This document shows positions 10,226 through 19,961 of a stretch of 64,000 bases of DNA, in pieces. This stretch comes from an uncultured Planctomycetaceae bacterium (lineage in GTDB: Bacteria; Planctomycetota; Planctomycetia; Planctomycetales; Planctomycetaceae), in contig CAWFAK010000013.1 in the NCBI GenBank assembly GCA_963813715.1, forward strand, positions 64,001 to 128,000. Direction: 5' to 3'. The notes below the pieces were generated by a model. It worked only from the letters and a program-made list of their open reading frames with translations. It was not told the DNA's origin and did no database searches. The first letter of the stretch is position 1; the number at the start of each line of letters is the position of its first letter. The translations under genes were made by a program, and so were the position numbers.

Positions 10226-10690
10226 ATGCGGGTGGCCAAGGTCCGACCGAGCGGTCCGGTGTGCGACTTCGATCGCACGGTGACCCCGATGGTCGACGTC
10301 GTATTCCAGTTGCTCGTCTTTTTCGTGCTGGCCTCCAGCGGCCGCATCGCCGAGCGAACTCTCTCGACGACGCTGTCAGCGGGCGCCGTGGGATCGACCG
10401 CCCCGCTGACAACTCCCGCCGTCGAACGCGCCCCGGAACTCTGGCTGCACCTCCGCCGCGACGCCGCCGACACGCACACGGAGGTCCGCATCAACGACGG
10501 TCCGACTGGCGACGTCGGGATCCTGCCGCAGACGCTCCGCTCCGCCAAAGGGATCGACGCTGCGAGCAACGTGATTCTCGACGTGCAGGGAAAAATCCCC
10601 TGGGGCGACGTGATCGCCGTCTACGACGCGTGCCGCGCGGCCAAATTCCACGCCATCAACTTCGCGGCTGCGCCGAACGAGCTGCGCTGA
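10226..10690 (+). CDS. exbD: ExbD/TolR biopolymer transport protein 2
   Basis: VTPMVDVVFQLLVFF TM with the conserved Asp; VILDVQGKIPWGDVIAVYDACRAA C-terminal domain. Confidence 0.88.
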   Translation: MRVAKVRPSGPVCDFDRTVTPMVDVVFQLLVFFVLASSGRIAERTLSTTLSAGAVGSTAPLTTPAVERAPELWLHLRRDAADTHTEVRINDGPTGDVGILPQTLRSAKGIDAASNVILDVQGKIPWGDVIAVYDACRAAKFHAINFAAAPNELR

Positions 10691-10714
10691 CCTCGGCGGA
10701 TGAAACGGACGTCG

Positions 10715-12183
10715 TCATTGTGGTGATCCCGCGCCCGTGGAACGGGACCGCCACCCCCAAACCTGCTGCGGGCTCCAAGCGGCAGAGTTCCAATCCACTT
10801 CGTCATTCACCCAGTGCAAGTAGGATCGGCGAATGAGAAACACGCCGGCCAGAGCCAGGGCCGACGACGCGATCGCGAAACCGTGGCCCGACAGCGGCAT
10901 GGGAACGAGCGCGAACGAACCGATCACGCCGCATAACCCGAAATAGCACACGTAGACGAAGGCCGTGCGATAAGGCCACGTCACGATGCCGAAGAGCGTC
11001 AGCACACAACTGAGAGAAAAGAGCGCCGGGCGCCACAGGTCCTCGATCGAGGGACCCTCCTGCTTCAGGATCCAGCACGTCAGGACGGCCCCGGCCAGGA
11101 TTGATACCCAGCACAAGAACGTCGCCATCGCTAAAGCCGCGCCGACGGCCCGCACGTGCTCGCTGCGTGATTGCGGTCGCAACAGTTCCTGCATCAGCAA
11201 CGGACGATTCTGTCCCAGCACACCGACAACGGGGATGACTGCCAGATAAGGAAGGCTCGGGGAGCCGATCAGGTCCCGAACTGAAAAATGCCAGAGGAAC
11301 ATTGCTACGAAACCGGCCGTGGCACCGAAGCAGAGACCCGTCACGGCCGCCATCCAGAGCGTGCCCCATGCCGCATGCCAGTGTCGGGCGCGCCAGAGCA
11401 AATTCGCGGGGGCTCGCGCGCGACGCCGCGCCAATAGCGAATGTCTCCGAGGGGGGGCCCGAGTACTAGCACTCGGGTCGCTCCCGGCGAGACGCCAGCT
11501 TGGATGCGGAGATGAAACTCGCGCATCTCTTCGTTGAACCGCCCCAGGCGCATTCCCACGCTCACCAGGCAGCCGATCGCGACGACGAGCACGACAATGG
11601 TGACTTCCGTCGAAGGCGGCCAGATCAAGGCCCGACCTTGCCGGGCCACCACCAGGCCCGGCATGACGATGACCATCACCACCAGCGTTTCCGGCCGCCA
11701 ATGAGCCAGGAACGCCGGGATTGCCAGCATCGCCAGCAGGTACGCGGCAACGGCGAGCGGAGGGACCCCCAGCCCGGGCCCGCAGCAGATCGCCAGCGAG
11801 AGCACACCGATCACGCCTGCGATCATCAGCCCGGCAAGCGTCAGGTGCGTCTGCCGCAGCCCGGGAACGAGGGGCGAAGTGGGAGCCCCCAACATGGTTT
11901 TCAGATGGATGCTCAGGCCGGTGCCCACAAAGCTCAGTAAGATGAATGAGTAAAAGCCCATGAAACCGCTTACGACCGTGAGCTGCACTTCCCTCACTTT
12001 CGGCGCCAGCTCCTCCCGCATCTGATTTTGCACGGACTCCGGAGCGTCCGGCACTTGATGGAGGACGCGCGAGAGGAAGATCATGAGCCCCAGCATCACG
12101 AGCCACCCGCCGGCTGCGATCAGCACAACCAGAAAAGCGGGGCGTCGATAGGTTCGTAAGGCCGCCCGGTAGCGATTACGCAC
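10715..12183 (-). CDS. Polytopic membrane protein, probable ABC exporter permease (frameshift around 11450-11510)
   Basis: Hydrophobic helices in ORF 11341-12183 continue in the C-terminal part of ORF 10715-12106; overlaps the ABC ATPase stop. Confidence 0.7.
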
Positions 12184-13055
12184 GCGTCACCTCGAGGAAG
12201 ATGTCCTCCAGGCTGAGATCTTCGACGTCGACCGCGACCGACCATCGGCTTTCGAGATCGCGAATCATTTCGGGCGATGCGTTGGGGACGCTGACGAGGG
12301 CTTCCTGCCGTTGCGCTCCAGTCGCAACGATCCGGGCACCGAGAACCCGGCGCGGCAACGGGGTGCGCGAGGTGACGTGCAGCCGCTTGACTCGCTCTTT
12401 AAGCCGGTCGAGCTCTTCGTCGACGGCGATCGCGCCGCCTTCGAGGATCACGATCCGCTCGGCGATCCGCTCGAGGTCCGAGGTGATGTGCGTCGAGAAG
12501 AGGACGGTGCGCCCCCGGCCGACGAGATCAAGGACCGTGCGGACGAAGCTGCGTCGTGCTTCCGGGTCGAGGGCCGCCGCGGGCTCGTCGAGCACGAGCA
12601 GATCGGGCTCGTGGCCGATGGCTAGGAGGATGCTCAGCTTTTGCTGCTGTCCGACTGACAAGGGGCCGACCTTATCGGACGGATTGAGGCCCCAGTCGTT
12701 TCGCAGCCGCTCGATCAGATCGTCGTTCCAGTGTGGATAAAACGAGGCCTGATAGTCGATGATCTGGCCGACCCTCATCCACGGATAGAGGGCCGGCGTT
12801 TGCGGGACATAGCCGATGCGGGCCTTTGCCTCGCCGCTGAGGGTCCAGGCGGGCTCGCCAAACACTTGCATGTCTCCCGATTGCGGCTTGAGCAAGCCCG
12901 AGCGCGCACTTGAGCAGCGTCGTTTTGCCGGTGCCGTTTTTCCCGAGCAGGCCGATGACCGAGCCGGGAGCGACGGCCAGCGAGACGTTGTTGAGCACCG
13001 TCTTCAGATCGAACGACTTGGAGACGTTATTGAGAGTGAGGACGAACTCGCTCAT
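12176..13055 (-). CDS. ABC transporter ATP-binding protein, YtrB-like (frameshift near 12895)
   Basis: Walker A GKNGTGKTT, signature LSVGQQQK, Walker B LVLDEP, H-loop STH. Confidence 0.92.
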
Positions 13056-13450
13056 GGTGACGTTCCTCGAATGCTGCGTTGACCAAGCGCACAGATGTCT
13101 TCGGGCGAGAGGCCGGCCGCCCGACCCCGTTTGACGAGCCGCCGCACCAGGCGGACGACCTCGTCGCGATCGGCGGACTGCCGCTGCCGCACGGTCCGCC
13201 CGACGACGCGCATGCCGTGCCCGCGGACTAGCTCGACCACTCCGTCCCGCTCCAAGAGCGAATAGGCCTTGGAGACCGTCATCGGATTAACGGCCAGCTC
13301 GCCGGCCACTTGCCGGACGGAAGGCAGAAAGTCCCCGTCGGTCAGCCGGCCGGTCGCGATCTGCGCCCGAACCTGGTCGAAAATCTGCCGGTAAATCGGC
13401 ACGCCGGAGCTCGGCGCAACATGAAACCGAAACCGCCCGTCGGTTGGCAT
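13052..13450 (-). CDS. GntR family transcriptional regulator, YtrA subfamily
   Basis: PIYRQI...LPSVRQVAGELAVNPMTVSKAY wHTH, short C-terminus, directly upstream of an ABC ATPase. Confidence 0.92.
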   Translation of the reverse strand: MPTDGRFRFHVAPSSGVPIYRQIFDQVRAQIATGRLTDGDFLPSVRQVAGELAVNPMTVSKAYSLLERDGVVELVRGHGMRVVGRTVRQRQSADRDEVVRLVRRLVKRGRAAGLSPEDICALGQRSIRGTSP

Positions 13451-13488
13451 ATGTGTATCATAGTATCAATACACATACGGGCTGGCAA
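13450..13488 (-). promoter_or_regulatory. sigma70-like promoter overlapped by a YtrA-type operator
   Basis: Minus strand TTGCCA-N17-TACTAT; inverted repeat TATGTGTAT-N10-ATACACATA at 13450-13477 (TGTA-N12-TACA core); the -10 lies only 9 nt from the ATG. Confidence 0.75.
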
Positions 13489-13588
13489 CTGGGCTCTTCA
13501 GGACGATCTAACTCCGCGGTGAAACATCGGGTAAGGGCACTCGCTGAGCGAGCTCAGCAGTGGCACACAGGACGGGGTTTCCCCGGTC

Positions 13589-15495
13589 TCAGGCACGCCG
13601 GATGAAGTGGGCGGCGAAGCTGCGGATTTGGCGGCCGTTGAGGACGTGGAACATTCGCAGCTGTTGGATTGTCGCCTGGCTGAAGCGGCTGAGCGGGATG
13701 TGGACGAGCTTGCGGCGGTATTTGCGCCAGGCGGCGGATGCCGGGGCCCGGCGGTGCGGCGCTCAGCAGGGCGACGTGTTTTTCGCGGCTGTAAAAACAG
13801 CCGGCGGCGATCAGACGCTCTTCGAGCGTGTCGGTGAAATCGAAACGGCGGTCACGCCAGACGTCGCGGATGGGCCGCGGCGGGAAGAGGAACATCGCTC
13901 CGCCGTAGGTCGCCAGCGCGATCCCCGGGCCGATCGTCTCCTTCCCGAAATCGGTGGCGTAGAACGACAGGGTCGATTCGTCGTGGCTTTCGGCGTGCCA
14001 GGTGATCCGCCAGGGATAGTCGCGGGGATCGGCCGGCGCATCGAAGAGCATGATCACGCAATCGAGGTTTCCGCGCGCGGGCGGAAAAATCTTTACGTAA
14101 AGTTCGCCCGTGTGCCAGTTCCGCAACGTCTCGCGGAGGTCGAGCCCGTCCTTGAGACTCGTGGAGAACTTTTCCGTGCGGGCCAGGTCGTTGCCCAAGA
14201 GCGCGAGCGCCGCGTCTTTGACGTGCGTGCGGAACCGCTCGATGGCGACGTCTTCCGGCGGCCAGCTGCATTGGCTATACGGATTCCATTGCATCCGCCA
14301 TTTGAGCTGATCGGGGCGCGGCGGTCGGGGTCGCAGCTCGCAGCGCCGCCAGACGACCGCCTGGCCGGGAAGCCGATTCTTCATTGTCACAATTTCGCCG
14401 TCGGGCAACCGCGCCTGATTGATGCCCATCTGCATCCGGGCGAAGGGAGCCGGACCGGCGTCGAGATACTCGCGGGCCGTCTCGGCGACGTGCAGGGCAA
14501 ACTGGTCGCCGAAGACTTGCTGGGCCGCCGTCACCAGCGAGTACAAATCGGGCGTCATCCGCCGCTCGACGAGAGACAAGTTGCGGACGTACTGGAAATA
14601 GACCGAGAGGAGCTTGGGTGTGACCGCGCGGGCCAACGACTTGAGATCGCTGGCATAGCGATCGCGGGCTGCCAGCACGAGCGACTTGATGCCGTCGATC
14701 GACAGGTTCTCGTCGTCGTCCAGGTTGGCACGGGCCCGCTCGTACTCCGCGGTGACGAAGGGCAGCTCGCCCAGGAAAAATGCCAGCGTCGCCGCCTGCA
14801 CGGAGACGATCCGCGTCGGCTCGACGAAGTCTTCTTCTTCGTCGAGCGGGCGGCCGTCGCGGTAGGCGTCGCGAATCCAGGGCCAGTCCATCAGCGAGCA
14901 GAGAAACAGAATCGACGAGTGCCGGCGACTCCAACTCGCGGAGCCGGGCGGCCATCGTGAGGCAGCGGTGCCGATGCTGCACGCGCCGCGGCGGTCCGAT
15001 CGCCGGCAGCACGGCCGCGGCGAACCGCTCCACCGAGACACGTTTGAGCGCGTACGGGTCGGGCAGCACGGCCGTTTGCGGCTCGAAGGTTGCCGTCTCT
15101 CGATCGACGAACGCCCGCGGGATTTGTTCCTGCAGGGCGAATCGCAGCCCGGCAATCACCCCCTGGCACGGATCGATGGGGACGTAGCTACACGACGGCC
15201 CGGCTTCTGCCGCCGGTTCCTCTGCCTCGGCGTCCTCGTCCGTGAAGGCATCGTCGGCCGCAGGCTCGTCCTCCGAAACAAAACGCGATTCGTCCTGCAG
15301 CACGGCCGAGATCGACGGCAACACCTCGACGGCCCGCTCGACGTCGGCCTGAAACGACGGGGGCAACGGCACCGCCAGGCAATCAAAGTCGGTGGCCAAC
15401 AATCGCCGCCGCACTTCGATCGCATAATCGCCGCTGCCATGAATGATGGGCAAACAGGCAATCTTGGGACTGATGCGGAGAAAGTCGGAACTCAT
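13589..15495 (-). CDS. Conserved hypothetical partner of the MoxR ATPase (frameshifts near 14920 and 13725)
   Basis: ORFs 14275-15495 and 13554-15155 plus a third-frame tail (KYRRKLVHIPLSRFS...FIRRA-stop at 13589) join into one gene of about 635 aa. Confidence 0.75.
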
Positions 15496-15533
15496 TTTGG
15501 CTCAGAGAAAGCTCGTGCGGCCGGGCCTCGCCC

Positions 15534-16508
15534 CTATTCTTCGTCGTCCTCTTCATCGTCATCGTCCTCTTCATCCTCGTCGTAATCGGGATTCAGGGGA
15601 TCGTCGGGGGAGAAGAAGAAGTCACCCAGACCCATCGGGACCGCGTTGCTGCCCAGCTGGCGGGCCTTACGTTCAGCGAGCGAGTCGAGGTCGAGGGCGT
15701 CTTCGCCCAGGCACTTGGCCAAAGATTCTCGCCAGGCCTGGTCCTTGCCGAGCGGATGCTTGGGATCCTGTGCGATCCGCTTGAGGGCGTAGCGCAGCAC
15801 GTTGATGCCGTCGCGCGACGAGAAATCGAGCTTGAGCTGGTGGGCGTTCTGCAGGAACTCGACCGTCAGGTTGAGCATCTCCGCGTCGGAGAACGGCAGG
15901 TGATAGCGGAGGATGGCCAACTCGTCCTCACGATTGGGATGCGACAACCCGAGCGTCGGCTGCAGGCGGCTTTGGATGTAGTCGGGGATCTCGAACGTCG
16001 ACTCGTCTTCGTTCATCGTCACCGCGCAGCGAAACTCGCGATGGGCGGGAATCACGATCCCGGCGACGATCGATTCAACGTAGCGGCGATGGTCCAGGAG
16101 CGGCGCCAGGCTCGCCCACGACTTCTCGTTCATGCGGTTGCCTTCGTCCAGAAGGCAGATGCCGCCTTGAATCATCGCCGAGACGAGGGGCGAAGCGTGG
16201 TACTTGATGGTGCCGCTCTCGGCGAGGACGGGCGTCACCAGCAAGTCTTCCGGGCGCGTGTCGGCCGTGCACTGATACACGTAAAGCGACTGCTGGCGCT
16301 CGCGCGAAGCGGCAATTGCCAGCGTCGTTTTGCCGATGCCCGGCGGACCCATCAGCCGCGGCGTCAGCGGCAGGTCTTTTTCATCGACCACCAACCAGCA
16401 GGCCAGGATCTGTTTGAGGATTTCCCGCTGCCCGATCCAGGTCCCCTCCGAACGGTCGGGGGAGCCGAGATGCAGGCGAACGCCGTCGATTTCGTGGATC
16501 TGACTCAT
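15534..16508 (-). CDS. MoxR-type AAA+ ATPase with an acidic C-terminal tail
   Basis: Walker A GPPGIGKT, Walker [18 protein letters not shown] sensor; ends [17 protein letters not shown]. Confidence 0.9.
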   Translation of the reverse strand: MSQIHEIDGVRLHLGSPDRSEGTWIGQREILKQILACWLVVDEKDLPLTPRLMGPPGIGKTTLAIAASRERQQSLYVYQCTADTRPEDLLVTPVLAESGTIKYHASPLVSAMIQGGICLLDEGNRMNEKSWASLAPLLDHRRYVESIVAGIVIPAHREFRCAVTMNEDESTFEIPDYIQSRLQPTLGLSHPNREDELAILRYHLPFSDAEMLNLTVEFLQNAHQLKLDFSSRDGINVLRYALKRIAQDPKHPLGKDQAWRESLAKCLGEDALDLDSLAERKARQLGSNAVPMGLGDFFFSPDDPLNPDYDEDEEDDDDEEDDEE

Positions 16509-16665
16509 CTTAGTTCCGCAGAGTGTGTCCCGCAGAGATTATCGAGCGACAGCGTCGGCATCGAAAGGAGCGGCTCGGACGTGCGCGGGAAGGTTTTTCG
16601 CTCGAAGCACCCAGGTGGCGTGGACCGTCGGACCTTTCGGCTCAGGTCATGGGGGCGTCCTTCGG

Positions 16666-18475
16666 TCAGGCCTGCTCGGGGTCCTTGGGCCGCGGGACGT
16701 CCGCGATAACGGACATCGACGGACAGGTGGAATCGTCGCGAAGCGGGGTCGAATCGTCCAGCCTCCGCAGGCAGACGAGGCACATATCGTCGCGCTGCGG
16801 GCGGGTGCCGCAGAAGTGATCGACCTCGGTGACGATGGCCTTGGTCAATTCCTCGGCGGTGCCGGCCACGGAAGAAACGAATTGCTCGAGCCGCACTCGG
16901 CCGAACAGCTCGTTGGCCGCGTTCATCGCTTCGGTGATGCCGTCGGTGTAGACGACCAGGCTGGTTCCCGCCTCGAAAGGCAGCTTGAGTTCGCCGTAGG
17001 TGTACTCGGGATTAATCCCCAGCGGCATTCCCGATTCTTGGCGGCCTGTCGAGGCGGCCGTGCCGTCGGCCTTGCGGACGATGGGGGGCAGATGGCCGGC
17101 GTTGGCGATCGTGATTTCGTGCCGGACTGGATCGAGGATCAAGAGCACGAAGGTGACAAAGCGGTGCCCCATACTCTGCGAATAGATTTCGGCATTGAGG
17201 CCCGAGAGCACTTTGCCGGGCGTCGGCTGCGAGAACATGTGCAGCCGCACCGACGAATAGAGCCGGGCCATCAACAGCGCGGCGGGAATGCCTTTGCCGG
17301 CGACGTCGGCCAGGCCGATGGCGATCCGCCCGTCGTTGAGTGGGATGTAATCGAAATAATCGCCGCCGACGCGCTCGGCCGGCTCGTAATAATCGAAAAA
17401 CTCGTAACCCGGCGGGCGCGGGACGGACCTCGGGCAGGAAGCCGAGCTGCACCTGCGTGGCAAACCGGAGCTCGCGCTCGATGTCGGACCGGCGGAGCAA
17501 GTCTTCGTGCAGGCGGGCGTTTTCGATCGCCAGGATGGCCTGCGAGCCGACGCTGATCAGCACGTCCAGGTCGCTCTGGGTGAACTGGTGCCGCAGACTC
17601 TGAGTCTGTAACTGAATGGCGCCCAGGGATTCGCCCTTGGAGATCAGCGGGACGACGATCATCGAGCGGATGCTCAGACCGTCCAAGCTTTCGCTGGCGT
17701 CAAAGCGGCTATCCTCGAGCGCGTCGGCGCTGAGGATGGCCTCGCCGCTTTGCATGGCCGTCCGCAGAATGGTTTTGCTCATTCGGACGGAGCCGGTGGC
17801 GTCTCCGCCCCGGGCGAACGACGCCTTGACGATATTTTCCCGTTCTTCGTTGCCGGCCAACATCACGAAGCCACTGTCGGCCTGCGGGAAAACTTTAAAG
17901 CACCCGTCGAGCAGGCTCTGCAGCACGTCGTCCAGCTTGAGCGTGCGGGCGAGCGTGTTGCTCATTTCCAGGATCGCGCGGAGCTTGACCTCCGGCTTGA
18001 CCCCCAGGCGCATCGTGGGGACCGACTTGGCGTCCATCGTGGTGATGATCGACGACGACTCGGTCGCATCATCGTCGGACGAATCCCCCGGGGCGAGCTG
18101 CGGCATCGCCCGCGTGCGGCGCGGATCATCGCGCGGGATTTCGCCACTCGGACGGCCGGGCGTGCTTTCGTCCCGATCTTCTTTGCGGGCGTGGAAGAAT
18201 TGCAGGACGATGTCGCAGATCGTCACCTCGTCGGCGTCGTTCAGCGGCATCCGCGCGTCGATTGGCGTGCCGTTGAGAAACGTCCGGTTGCGGCTCCGCA
18301 GATCTTCCAGGAAAAAGCTGCCGCGGCGGTTGAGAATCTGCGCGTGCTGGCGGCTGACGGCCGCGTTATCGAGCACGATTTCGCAACTGGGATGCCGGCC
18401 CAGCACCATCCGCTCGCCGCGCAATTCCAGCACCTGCCCGGGGCGACTGCCTTTGATCACGTGCAGGAAAGCCAC
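16666..18475 (-). CDS. FHA-GAF-SpoIIE (PP2C) family protein phosphatase (frameshift near 17420)
   Basis: FHA LGR...VSRQHA...SRNRTFLNG; GAF SIRSMIVVPL...AIENARL; PP2C VGGDYFD, ADVAGKG, YTDGITEA, DDMC. Confidence 0.92.
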
Positions 18476-18832
18476 GATCCACGGCCTCTCAGGTTGGCGG
18501 ATTCCGGCGCAAGAGCAGCGCTACTTCCCAGCGCGAGGGGCCCGGTCCTGATTGTATGGTCAGGTCAAAACGCGGGTCAACGAGCCGCGCGGGGCGATTC
18601 CGTCACCGATCGATGGCTGAATGACAGGCGCAGATTGCCATGCGGCACGATCAAACTGACGCGAAACTCATCTCGATGCCGCAATCGCCCCGAGTTTGGC
18701 CACCCTGGACAGCCCGTGCCCGCATTTCCAGAATAGGCCTGTTCCGCAATGATCCGGCGAATGACCCACGAGCGTTCGAGCAGGCGCGCCCGCGGCCGCA
18801 CCTGACCGACGACCGGGGCAAAGGAGCACGAC

Positions 18833-19105
18833 GTGAAGAAGGAAGAAGTGCTGGCCAAGGTCGCCTCGGGGGACCTGTCGATCGAAGAAGCGTCCAAGAT
18901 GCTTGCCGAGGAGGCGCCCAAGCGCGGCACCCTGTACTGCAAGGTGAGCCAGAAAGGGGCGATCAGCGTCTACGGCCTGCAGCGGATGCCCGTGACGCTC
19001 TACGTCGAGCAGTGGGAGCGGCTGCTCGGCTTCGCCGACGACATCCGCGGCTTCCTCAAAGACCACGATGCCGAGCTGAAGCGCAAAGAGAGCAAGGTGA
19101 CCTAA
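18833..19105 (+). CDS. Small hypothetical protein, possibly a PC4-like nucleic-acid-binding fold
   Basis: GTG start with AAGGAG RBS; GC3-rich codons; KVSQKGAISVYGLQRMPVTLYVEQWERLL. Confidence 0.8.
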   Translation: MKKEEVLAKVASGDLSIEEASKMLAEEAPKRGTLYCKVSQKGAISVYGLQRMPVTLYVEQWERLLGFADDIRGFLKDHDAELKRKESKVT

Positions 19106-19299
19106 GACCCGGGAGCGCGAATGGGGAGTGCGATGCCCTCCCGGCTCGGATTTCGTGCTTTTCGGCAACCTAAGCGGGTCGCTGCTCGGCCCGTTGTTCG
19201 CGGTTGCCGGAGCCCATACGGGAACGACGCCAGAAACCAATCGCGTGGACCGAATCCGCGGGACGCCTCTAAAGGTGCGGGAGTTCGCGCGGGGGTCGC

Positions 19300-19875
19300 T
19301 TACGGAAACCAAGGCACGTTGCGGATGTGTTCGGCTCCCACGAGCTTGCAGATGGTCACCTCGCGGTCATCCCAGTTCACGCATCCCTTGTCGTAGCTCA
19401 AGTCGTTCCTCTTTAACGCCGCCTGCAATGTCGCGGCGGAGGGATCCGAAAACGCGCGAAGCAGGTCGGCCCAGTATTCCTCGTATTCCGCTGGAGTTGT
19501 GGCATCCCAGATTTCAGCGGCGTTCGTCTTGAAATATCGACTCTTTTGCTCCAGGAGGAACTCGACCCATTGCTCCCACAGCGCGAGTGTTTGCTCGTCC
19601 AGCAACTTCGCGAACGGCATTCGCAGGGAGCGAAGCCTCTGCCTGGCGACCGATGCTTCCGTGCACCAATTCGGTATCTGCGCGGAGACGCTCCCCGCAT
19701 CGTCGTCATCTTCGTCGAGCTCATAAACGTCGATCTGCCGCTCGGCAGGCACAAACAGGCTCGCCCAGAAAACGGGAATTTCGTGGGGTCCTTCAGCCAA
19801 GACTTCCGATTCCGGATCCTCGGACCAGGTAACGCTACGCTCCTCGACCGTCAACAAATAGGCGCGATTACCCAT
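19300..19875 (-). CDS. Hypothetical acidic protein (orphan)
   Basis: 191-aa ORF with globular-protein composition; co-oriented downstream of pyrB. Confidence 0.65.
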   Translation of the reverse strand: MGNRAYLLTVEERSVTWSEDPESEVLAEGPHEIPVFWASLFVPAERQIDVYELDEDDDDAGSVSAQIPNWCTEASVARQRLRSLRMPFAKLLDEQTLALWEQWVEFLLEQKSRYFKTNAAEIWDATTPAEYEEYWADLLRAFSDPSAATLQAALKRNDLSYDKGCVNWDDREVTICKLVGAEHIRNVPWFP

Positions 19876-19961
19876 AGCATTTCCGGTAGATCATCAGCGC
19901 GTCGCGAGCAAGAAACTGCGCATATTCGGACTTAGGGATTCGGCCGCTTCGGCGACGGCCG

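Noticed and set aside
9802..10836. A 344-aa ExbD with a long C-terminal extension
   Set aside because: Artefact of a missing base near 10180; the repaired gene stops at 10217, before the second exbD
15534..15590. (TCG/TCA/TCC)n microsatellite-like tract
   Set aside because: It encodes the acidic tail of the MoxR ATPase
13589..16508. Anti-phage defence system (AAA ATPase plus effector, McrBC-like)
   Set aside because: No nuclease motif or McrB signature recognised, codon style matches the host, and no mobile or defence context; a MoxR chaperone module fits better
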